Shown here piece after piece: positions 56,373 to 64,000 of a stretch of 64,000 bases of DNA; positions within the stretch are counted from its first letter, which is position 1; every line of letters starts with the position of its first letter. Source of the DNA: Spirochaetia bacterium (lineage in GTDB: Bacteria; Spirochaetota; Spirochaetia; CADAEX01). The position numbers and the translations under genes were made by a program. Below the pieces are notes generated by a model. That model searched no databases. It saw nothing but the letters and a program-made list of their open reading frames with translations, and had not been told where the DNA came from. The DNA lies in contig OY759746.1 of NCBI GenBank assembly GCA_963662795.1, positions 768,001 to 832,000 of the forward strand, in the 5' to 3' direction.

Positions 56373-58561
56373 TTGTTCTCCTTTATTTTATCAAGAAAAT
56401 TATAATGTTCCATTCCCTCGATTATTCCTTCTGAATACATCTTTTCTGCAAAATATATTTTCCTGCTTTCCTTAAGCGTTTCAAGCTCAGAAGAATAGTT
56501 GCCGACAATGACGGCACAGGTATCTCCCCTGAGCATGTCCTCATCGTTGCCTGAATCACCGCAGGTAAGAATGTTGTCAAGAGGAATGCTCCACTTATAA
56601 CTCAAATACCTCAGGGCTTTCCCCTTTGATGCCCTGTAGGGAATAACGTCAAGATATTTTTCAGCCGAATAGATAATCGTATACCTGCATTTTTTCCTGT
56701 TAAGATGCTCATGAATTATATTTATATGGTCCCTGCCGGGGTCAAGAAAATAACTTACCTTGAAAAGACTGTCATCATTTACATTCTGAAGTTCAAGAAA
56801 TGGGATATCTGCAAGGACCTCCCGAATCAGGTCAGGATTCCAGTTGTGCGAAATGTGGGTGTGCCAGCCCCTGTCGTATTTCATCCTGTCTGTGTAATAG
56901 ATTTCTGTTCCTACAGAAGCAATTATTATATCCGGTGAAGGGATGTTATGTGATTTGAGATATGACAGGGCAGAATCCGCTTTTCTGCCTGTTGCAACAG
57001 CAAATCCCAGGTTATTATGGTTTCTGCCTATTATTTCTGATAATTTATCAGGATTTTTTCCATCTGATCCGATAAGTGTTCCATCTATGTCAGAAACAAT
57101 AAGATGTTTTATGGAAGAGAGTCTCTTTCCTGTTGATTTAGTCCCTTCCCTGCCGCTGTCAAAGTAATCAGCATGATCAATTCCATAATTGCGGTTAAGA
57201 AGTTTTATATATTCCTCCGCATGGGCTTTCCATGTATAATATTTCCTTGTGTTTTCGATCCCGCTCTTCGAATATTTTTCCCACAGACTTCCGTCGCTGA
57301 TTATCTTTTTAAGCGCCTCAGCAATTTCATCGCTGTTTTCAGGATCGACTATTATTCCGTTACGGCAGTTACTGATAATATCCCTCGGCCCTCCGTCATC
57401 AGTCGCAACAATAGGCAGCCCGCACGATGCCGCTTCCAGAAGAGTAAGCCCGAACGGTTCAGTAAGCGCGGCGTTGACAAATACCCCTTTTTTTTCAGCT
57501 GCGATCCTGTAAAGCTCGGGAACCTCAAGTTCAAAATCATGTTTTTTGGGAATCGCCATTTTTCCGTACAGATCAAACTGGTCCATCAGGAGCAGCATAT
57601 CCGTAAGGACATCCCGTTCATTTTCTTCTTTCTCTGTTATGTTTTTTCTAAGGCCTGCGAATATGGCAAGGTTTGCCATAGCCTGAAGCTCAAGGCTTTT
57701 TCCGTATGCCTTTATCAGACCAGAGATATTTTTTCTCTTCTCCGGCCTGCAGAGAGTCAGGACCAGCGGTTTATCCGGTTTCATAAAAAACCTGTCCAGT
57801 TCCTGAAGAACTGAAGCATGTGCATATATCTGTTTTTCGTTTTTTTCTATTTCCGCTATCATATTGTGATAGTAGGGATAGAATTTTTTGGTATCTATTC
57901 CCGGTGGTATTACCTTATAGACGGGAGTTTTCCGGTTGTCATATAATCCATACTGCTTATCAATCTCCTGCTGCGTGCTTGTAATTATCAAATCCGCGGA
58001 ACTCAGGATTTCTTCTTCATTTTTCAGTCTTGTATTCATCCTGAATTTTTTATTGATATCATTTTGAGACAATCCGTCGCCGAGGAGTTTTTCCAGCTTG
58101 TTCCGTCCAAGAGAGTGCCCGGTAAAGAGAAAAGGTATTTCAAAGAATGAAGCAAGCTCTCTTGCAATATACCCGCCGTCAGCATAATGTCCGTGAACAA
58201 TATCAGGAACAAGATTGTCTTTTTTAATAAACTTGACTGTTTTGTCAACATATTCATCAAGAAACGGCCAGAGAAGCTCTTTTCTTATATATTTCCGCCC
58301 GCCGCACTGTATCCTGACAATCCTGAATTTATCGGTCACTATTTCAACGGGAATGCTGTAATCCTGCGAAACTGTCTTGTCTGAAATAAGCCTTGTAAAA
58401 AGATCCACCCTTTCAACTTCATCTTTCAGACTCAATTCTTTGCAGAGTTCAATAACATACTTTATCTGCCCGCCGGTGTCTGCATCTCTCCCCATTTCCA
58501 GCCTGTCCTGTCTTACAAGGCCGTGGATACTAAACATCTGAATATAAAATTTTTTCCCCAT
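56369..58561 (-). CDS. sps: Sucrose-phosphate synthase with C-terminal HAD (SPP-like) domain
   Basis: SIHGL.R...E.GRDADTGGQ.KY, HGHYAD, TGHSLG, NAALTEPFGLT; HAD motifs DIDGTL, ATGR and GDSGND. Confidence 0.93.
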   Translation of the reverse strand: MGKKFYIQMFSIHGLVRQDRLEMGRDADTGGQIKYVIELCKELSLKDEVERVDLFTRLISDKTVSQDYSIPVEIVTDKFRIVRIQCGGRKYIRKELLWPFLDEYVDKTVKFIKKDNLVPDIVHGHYADGGYIARELASFFEIPFLFTGHSLGRNKLEKLLGDGLSQNDINKKFRMNTRLKNEEEILSSADLIITSTQQEIDKQYGLYDNRKTPVYKVIPPGIDTKKFYPYYHNMIAEIEKNEKQIYAHASVLQELDRFFMKPDKPLVLTLCRPEKRKNISGLIKAYGKSLELQAMANLAIFAGLRKNITEKEENERDVLTDMLLLMDQFDLYGKMAIPKKHDFELEVPELYRIAAEKKGVFVNAALTEPFGLTLLEAASCGLPIVATDDGGPRDIISNCRNGIIVDPENSDEIAEALKKIISDGSLWEKYSKSGIENTRKYYTWKAHAEEYIKLLNRNYGIDHADYFDSGREGTKSTGKRLSSIKHLIVSDIDGTLIGSDGKNPDKLSEIIGRNHNNLGFAVATGRKADSALSYLKSHNIPSPDIIIASVGTEIYYTDRMKYDRGWHTHISHNWNPDLIREVLADIPFLELQNVNDDSLFKVSYFLDPGRDHINIIHEHLNRKKCRYTIIYSAEKYLDVIPYRASKGKALRYLSYKWSIPLDNILTCGDSGNDEDMLRGDTCAVIVGNYSSELETLKESRKIYFAEKMYSEGIIEGMEHYNFLDKIKENK

Positions 58562-58590
58562 TTTTAATTCCTTATCTTCATATACAGCGA

Positions 58591-59475
58591 TTAATTCCTG
58601 AATATACGGTTATAAAAACCAGTATCATCAATCCCGGGAACTGCCCCTTCAAGAGTGCATACAGCTGCGGAAAGCTCAAGCGCTTTTCCCATGATCTCAC
58701 GGGGGTCCCAGCCGTCAAGCAGCCCTTTTACAAGAACTGAAGAAAAAGCATCCCCGGCGCCGACTGTATCCTTAATTTTTATTTTTCTCTTTATTCTGTC
58801 TTTTATATATTTGTCTCCGATAAAAAGCTCAGCCCCTTCTTCTCCCCTTGTCACAGCAACGGATTTTAAATTGTATATTTCCATTAATTCTGAAACTGCA
58901 CGGCGGTCATCACAGGATAAACCTTCGATCTTTTTAAGATACTCAAGTTCTTCTCCGTTTACCTTAAGGACATTGCATTTTTCAAGGGATTTGCGGATTA
59001 TCCGGTCTGTAAAATTACCGGGACGCAGGTTGATGTCATAAAAAAGAAGCACATCCGGCATCATATTATCAATCAGTTTATGTACTACTTCAAAACCATT
59101 ATGAGTTCTCTGCACAAGTGATCCGAAATAAAGACACTTTATTTTTTTCAACTGCCGGGCGGTAACTGACGGATATTCAATAAAATCATAGGCAGCATCC
59201 TTCAGGATATCATAATGATTTTCGTTATCAGAAACTTCCACAGTAACTTTACCTGTATAGTGACGGAGATCTGTCTGAAGGTACTCTATACCGATACCGC
59301 GGGCGGTCAGAAGTTCCCTGATTTGCATACCTTCAGCATCGCTGCCGGTTTTAGAAACCAGATATACATCTTCTCCGAGATTAGTGCAGTGGATTGAAAA
59401 ATTAAGAGGCGCCCCTCCGATTCTTGAATAGGAAGGAAAACTGTCAATTAGCGTTTCGCCGATAGTCAGAATCAT
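58591..59475 (-). CDS. PfkB-family carbohydrate kinase (fructokinase-like)
   Basis: GE.L.D, GGAP.N, D.NLR, LKVN.EE and DTVGAGDAF motifs; first gene of the sucrose operon. Confidence 0.9.
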   Translation of the reverse strand: MILTIGETLIDSFPSYSRIGGAPLNFSIHCTNLGEDVYLVSKTGSDAEGMQIRELLTARGIGIEYLQTDLRHYTGKVTVEVSDNENHYDILKDAAYDFIEYPSVTARQLKKIKCLYFGSLVQRTHNGFEVVHKLIDNMMPDVLLFYDINLRPGNFTDRIIRKSLEKCNVLKVNGEELEYLKKIEGLSCDDRRAVSELMEIYNLKSVAVTRGEEGAELFIGDKYIKDRIKRKIKIKDTVGAGDAFSSVLVKGLLDGWDPREIMGKALELSAAVCTLEGAVPGIDDTGFYNRIFRN

Positions 59476-59534
59476 AAAGTAACCTGTAAAAAAGCAGAAG
59501 GAACAAAAGACAATACTTTTTTAGTTATACTCTT

Positions 59535-59563
59535 ATAATAGTGTTTTTTATATATTGAGTCAA
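59535..59563 (-). promoter_or_regulatory. Sigma70 promoter of sucrose operon
   Basis: TTGACT-17 bp-TATTAT on the minus strand. Confidence 0.65.
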
Positions 59564-59623
59564 GGAAAGGTTTTTTTGTCTGTGCTTTAGTCCTGAATTG
59601 CCGGTTTGCTCTCTTTAGATATA

Positions 59624-60355
59624 TTATTTACCGTTATGCTGCCTGACAGTTTCATACATCAGTATGCCTGCGGCAACAGAAACATTAAACGAATCAACCC
59701 TGCCGTTTGCAGGTATTTTAATAAGGCTGTCGCACTTCTGTGCAAGAAGCTTTGATATCCCGCTACCCTCGCTTCCAAGTATGAGAGCAGTTTTTCCTTT
59801 AAGATTAAGCGACCAGCAGTCCCTGCCGCTCATATCCGCGCCGAATATCCAGAAACCCCTTTTTTTAAGAAGGTCAATACTTCTTGCAAGATTATCCTCT
59901 ACAACCGGGACATATTCACTTGCCCCTGCAGATGTCTTCCTGACAGTGGGGCTGTCACTTGCGCTTCTTCTGCCCGGCGTTATGACAAGGTCTATGCCAA
60001 GCTGATCCGCAGAGCGCAGTATAGCGCCGTAATTATGCGGGTCGGTAATCCCGTCGAGAAGAAGAACAATTGATTCTTCCCCCTCAAAAGCATCGAGAAA
60101 ATTTTTTACTGAAGCATATTTGATTTTTTTTGACGCTTTCTCCTGAAGAACAAGGACCGCGCCCCTGTTTTCACTGCCGCCGGAAAGCCTGTCAAGCTCT
60201 TTCTGTTCAGCCGTTACTACCTTTATTTCCTGTTTTTCGGCAAGAAGCGCAATATCGGCATGTCTTTTATTTCTGCCTGTTATATATAAAACTGAACGCC
60301 CTTTGGAGGATTTTATATATTCCTCAATTGCATGAAAACCTGTAATTACTTCCAC
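59624..60355 (-). CDS. rlmB: 23S rRNA (G2251 2'-O)-methyltransferase
   Basis: LD..TDPHN.GAI.RSA, SAGA, GSEG.G and S.NVSVA motifs. Confidence 0.93.
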   Translation of the reverse strand: MEVITGFHAIEEYIKSSKGRSVLYITGRNKRHADIALLAEKQEIKVVTAEQKELDRLSGGSENRGAVLVLQEKASKKIKYASVKNFLDAFEGEESIVLLLDGITDPHNYGAILRSADQLGIDLVITPGRRSASDSPTVRKTSAGASEYVPVVEDNLARSIDLLKKRGFWIFGADMSGRDCWSLNLKGKTALILGSEGSGISKLLAQKCDSLIKIPANGRVDSFNVSVAAGILMYETVRQHNGK

Positions 60356-60427
60356 TTTTTTACTGTTTCCTTTATTCCTGTTTACTTTACAATATTTCCT
60401 GTCTGTTTTTTCCTGTCCGCGGACATT

Positions 60428-60856
60428 TTATTTGTATTGTTTTATGTAATCAATTATACCGTCAAAATTCTTGTCCCGCTCAACCTTTGTTATATATATA
60501 CCCTTTTCGAGGTATATCCAGACATCCGTTTTATTGTCATAGTTGGTATCAATTTCCTGCCTGATAAGCACACCGTTGGAATAAAAATAGAAATCATCCA
60601 TGCTGCCGTCAAGGTTAAAATCCGTTTCCTCATGGACCTTATTACCGAATTCGTCAATCTCAAGGGTATAATCAATTTTATCGTCATAGTTGTTATCCGA
60701 GCTGATAATCTGCCCGCCGTTCTGTCTGGCCTCAATCCACCTGTCTGGTCTGCCGTCCCTGTTTCTGTCAATCCCGGATTCAGCTGCCTGACAATACACT
60801 GCAAAGAGCAATGTTAAAAGAGCTGCCGATATAAATGTTTTGTGAAGTATATGCAT
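60428..60856 (-). CDS. Secreted protein with five DxNxDGxxD (EF-hand-like) repeats
   Basis: Signal peptide; DRNRDGRPD, DNNYDDKID, DFNLDGSMD, DTNYDNKTD, DKNFDGIID. Confidence 0.75.
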   Translation of the reverse strand: MHILHKTFISAALLTLLFAVYCQAAESGIDRNRDGRPDRWIEARQNGGQIISSDNNYDDKIDYTLEIDEFGNKVHEETDFNLDGSMDDFYFYSNGVLIRQEIDTNYDNKTDVWIYLEKGIYITKVERDKNFDGIIDYIKQYK

Positions 60857-60908
60857 AATAATTTTATCGGTATTGAAGTCTTAACTGTAAAACAATATTA
60901 TTTTCAGG

Positions 60909-62465
60909 ATGAAAGCAGCTGTCGTAATTCCCCCGGTAGAAGATTTTTATTTCACTCAGCGCAGATTTGCCTCTCTCGGCGCGCAGAAAGGGGTTGAAAT
61001 ACTGACAGGATCAGGCATCAATACTGTTCTTTATGATTTTACAAAAGGGCACCGGGAGCAGATAAAACTGCCCCGGAGCGTTCAGCATCTTAAGCAGTAT
61101 ATACTTGAGAATGAATCAGGCCCATGCAGTTTTTTCACTTCATACAGGCATTACGGTCCCGCAATCGCAAAGTGCGCATCAATCATGGCGGAAAGAGGAT
61201 ATGACATTGTTTTTGTCTCCTTATTCGCATACTGCTATGCAGACAGCGCTGCGGATTTCGCTTCAGCCCTTCGAAAGCTTGACCCGGCCATAAAAATCGC
61301 AGCATCAGGAGCAGGGGTCTCGGTTTTTCCTGAATATTTCAGGGAGTGTTTTGATTATATTATTCCGGGCGAAGCTGAAATTTTTGCAAAGGAACTGCAA
61401 AGTTCCCTTTTACACGGAAGCCCGGTCTCCAGTTTCAAAATAAACTTTTTTGAACAGCTTGAAGAGAGATTCGGGGCAAATTCCCGGAAAGATTTTTCAG
61501 CTGACTGCCCCCATACGGAAGAAGGTGAATTCCTCCCATCTGTTTCACTCCCGTTCAGCGGCAGGAAAAGCGTTTTTATATCGGTAATGCTTTCAAGAGG
61601 CTGCTTCAATAAATGCAGGTTCTGTTCAAATTTCATTACTCACGGCCGCAGCTTCAGAAAAGCTGATACGGAAAGCCTTGCCGGAGTTCTTTCGGGAATA
61701 GGCAGACAGATCATGCAGCATGCAGGGAAAAAAATATTTGTAAACATAGAGGATGACAACCTGCTTTACGACAGAAATTATTTTTTAAGATCGCTCAGGA
61801 TAATAAAGAATTTTTTTCTTCAGTATGCATCTGATGAGCATATCTTTTTTTCAGCGGAAAACGGACTGGATTATTCACTTCTCGATAAAGATATGTGCCA
61901 AAAACTTATCTCTGACTATAACTTCAGACAGTTTAATTTTACGCTTGCTTCTGCTGACAATGGCCTGTCGCTTTCGCAGTCAAGAGATTCAGATACAGCA
62001 AAGCTTGAGAAGCTTCTTCAATACCTTAATGAAAAAAAGATACCGGCCGTTACCTATTTTATAGCAGGACTTGCGGGCGATACTCCCGAAAAAACTGTTG
62101 AGTCCCTCCTCTTCCTGGACAGACACCCCGGCCTTTCAGGGATATCCATGTTTTACGCTGTTCCGGGGCTGCCGGATTTTTCGGACAAATCTGTATTTAA
62201 AGAGACAAGCCCCGCACTGTGCAGGGGGACTTCTGCCTGGCCATGGAACAGGTCACTTACAACCGGAGAGCTTATAACAGCGTTCAGATTATCAAGAACA
62301 ATAAATTTCCTGAAAAAAGAGGGAAATCTTACAGAGACGGAATCCGCTTTAAAAACAAGAATTCTTTCGGATAAAAAAATATACACAATAGCTGAGAGGG
62401 ATATAATTACTGAACCACCCGGACTGGCAGAAGATATGGCAGAACTTTTTTTTAATAAAAGATGA
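60909..62465 (+). CDS. B12-binding-domain radical SAM protein
   Basis: SRGC..CRFC (CxxxCxxC), EDDN, and an N-terminal cobalamin-type segment (G...S..PE...DY...GEAE). Confidence 0.82.
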   Translation: MKAAVVIPPVEDFYFTQRRFASLGAQKGVEILTGSGINTVLYDFTKGHREQIKLPRSVQHLKQYILENESGPCSFFTSYRHYGPAIAKCASIMAERGYDIVFVSLFAYCYADSAADFASALRKLDPAIKIAASGAGVSVFPEYFRECFDYIIPGEAEIFAKELQSSLLHGSPVSSFKINFFEQLEERFGANSRKDFSADCPHTEEGEFLPSVSLPFSGRKSVFISVMLSRGCFNKCRFCSNFITHGRSFRKADTESLAGVLSGIGRQIMQHAGKKIFVNIEDDNLLYDRNYFLRSLRIIKNFFLQYASDEHIFFSAENGLDYSLLDKDMCQKLISDYNFRQFNFTLASADNGLSLSQSRDSDTAKLEKLLQYLNEKKIPAVTYFIAGLAGDTPEKTVESLLFLDRHPGLSGISMFYAVPGLPDFSDKSVFKETSPALCRGTSAWPWNRSLTTGELITAFRLSRTINFLKKEGNLTETESALKTRILSDKKIYTIAERDIITEPPGLAEDMAELFFNKR

Positions 62466-62480
62466 TGATGCGCTTACAGA

Positions 62481-63239
62481 TCAACAAACATCGCTGTCCT
62501 GTTCCCAGGATGACCAGGCTACACTGTCAACATACCATTCAATACTTCCGGCCTGACTGCGTACCAGACTTGCAGGAAGAGACGGATCACCTTTCCCGTG
62601 TTTGCAAAGCTTTCTGACAATTTCCCTTTTATCCGCCCCTGTAACAAGAAAAATAATCCTGTCCGCATTGCAGATAACAGGCAGAGTCAGTGTAATCCTC
62701 CTTCTTCCGCTTTGGGGGCTGACCGAAACAACTGCCGCCTTTTCTTTTTCATCAAGCTGTCCGCTCATTGGAAAAAGACTTGCGGTATGACCGTCTTTTC
62801 CTACACCGAGAAAAACCAGATCGAAAACAGGAAATCCGTTCCGGAGAGGAAGGGTATCATACATTATTTTACTGTACCTCATGGCTTCTTTTTCCGGTAT
62901 CTTTTCCCCCAGTATTCTGAAAATATTTTCTTCCGGTACCCTGAGATCTGAAAACAGGATAGTATTAAGCTGGTTGAAATTGCTTTCTTCTGAATCGGGC
63001 GGCACACACCTCTCATCCACCCAGAAAAACCTGACTCCGGAGAGATTGTCTCCCCTTTTTTTTGCCTCATTTAAAAGAGCCTTAAAAAAGAAGGAAGGGG
63101 TTGACCCTCCTGAAAAAGCAGCGTTAAGCATACTTCCTGATGCCTCTTTCTGTCCCTTGATTTTAAAAAACTCTTCGGTCAATTCATCAGCAATATCGCG
63201 CCTGCTCTCATATACTTTTAAGGAAAAACTACAGTTCAC
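62481..63239 (-). CDS. pgl: 6-phosphogluconolactonase (probable GTG start overlapping zwf end)
   Basis: SGGSTP, DERCVP....SN, D..FLG.G.DGHTASLFP and RITLT motifs. Confidence 0.93.
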   Translation of the reverse strand: MNCSFSLKVYESRRDIADELTEEFFKIKGQKEASGSMLNAAFSGGSTPSFFFKALLNEAKKRGDNLSGVRFFWVDERCVPPDSEESNFNQLNTILFSDLRVPEENIFRILGEKIPEKEAMRYSKIMYDTLPLRNGFPVFDLVFLGVGKDGHTASLFPMSGQLDEKEKAAVVSVSPQSGRRRITLTLPVICNADRIIFLVTGADKREIVRKLCKHGKGDPSLPASLVRSQAGSIEWYVDSVAWSSWEQDSDVC

Positions 63240-64000
63240 AGTAATTACCTGCTTCGGTAAGATTTTTACAGGGGCTTCTCCACCCCTTTCCTGATTCACT
63301 GATAAAGGTATCTGCTTCAGCCGGTCCCCATGTCCCGGCAGGGTATCCATAAATTATAACACGGCTGTCATTATCCCTGCAGGAAATAAACGGGTCGATA
63401 AATTTCCAGCATTCTTCAACACTGTCGGCCCTTGTAAAAAGTGTTGAATCCCCGGTCATTACATCATATAAAAGTCTTTCATAGGCATCAGGTATTTTGA
63501 ATTCCCCTAAATCAGAGTATTTAAAATCCATGTCCCGGTTTGTTATCTCGAAACCGCTTCCCGGCTGCTTCATTCCGAAGGTAAGAAGCACTCCTTCATC
63601 AGGCTGAATCCGCAGAATCAGTTTGTTCTGGCAGCAGCTGTCACCTTTTCCTTTAAACAGTTTATGGGGCGTCTCCCTGAAATGGACAACAATCTCGGTT
63701 ACACGGGTCGGAAGCCTTTTCCCTGTTCTCAAATAAATAGGAACACCGCCCCATCTCCAGTTATCGATAAATATCCGCAGCGCGGCATAGGTTTCTGTTC
63801 TTGAATCAGGTTTTACATCTTTCTCATTCCTGTATCCGGGGACAGATTCGCCCCTGATTGTGGAATCAACATACTGCCCCAGTATCATGTTGCCTATAAT
63901 TTCATCGGGACTGTATCTGCGCAGAGCCTGGAAGATCTTCAGCGTTTCTGTCCTCACGGCATCAGGAGTAAAAAAGGGAGGAGGCTCCATTGCAGCAACT
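63229..64000 (-). CDS. zwf: Glucose-6-phosphate dehydrogenase, C-terminal part (5' end outside window)
   Basis: AMEPP, GQY, TETY, NWRW.GVP.YLRTGK, RIQP.EG, AYERL and Y.AGTWGP motifs. Confidence 0.96.
   Translation of the reverse strand, partial: VAAMEPPPFFTPDAVRTETLKIFQALRRYSPDEIIGNMILGQYVDSTIRGESVPGYRNEKDVKPDSRTETYAALRIFIDNWRWGGVPIYLRTGKRLPTRVTEIVVHFRETPHKLFKGKGDSCCQNKLILRIQPDEGVLLTFGMKQPGSGFEITNRDMDFKYSDLGEFKIPDAYERLLYDVMTGDSTLFTRADSVEECWKFIDPFISCRDNDSRVIIYGYPAGTWGPAEADTFISESGKGWRSPCKNLTEAGNYCEL

Noticed and set aside
1-64000. CRISPR array, tRNA/rRNA, prophage or defence system
   Set aside because: No regularly spaced repeats, cloverleafs, or phage/defence protein motifs were recognised by eye

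Overview
A 64 kb stretch of a bacterial chromosome, most likely a free-living Spirochaetales/Spirochaetia. The assignment rests on 'FAGG-' type lipoprotein signal peptides and on an rpmE-rho-bactofilin-lnt-HU-rpsT block plus a bactofilin-M23 pair that recall Borrelia/Treponema gene order. 1-10 kb is a decaying accessory segment: AraC regulator, a TAXI-TRAP transporter behind a strongly structured ~200 nt leader, an internally deleted serA-like gene with serC, an orphan ABC binding protein, and a GDSL pseudogene cut by an IS256 that itself abuts a broken IS4. 10-28 kb is a nutrient-scavenging region: TRAP + GntR + opine dehydrogenase + racemase-family operon, an ethanolamine-type TRAP, a DerI-like isomerase with a split transketolase, and a tandemly duplicated APC permease + choline/ethanolamine kinase unit. 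28-53 kb is mostly core genes, including two small genes missed by the ORF track and a GalK homolog with degenerate catalytic motifs. 54-64 kb holds a pfkB-sps-susy sucrose cluster, rlmB, a B12-radical SAM gene, pgl and part of zwf. I saw no rRNA, tRNA or CRISPR array. The best candidates for undescribed systems are the amino-alcohol uptake/phosphorylation module, the opine-type operon and the structured TAXI leader RNA. All functional calls come from motif recognition by eye; no database searches were run.
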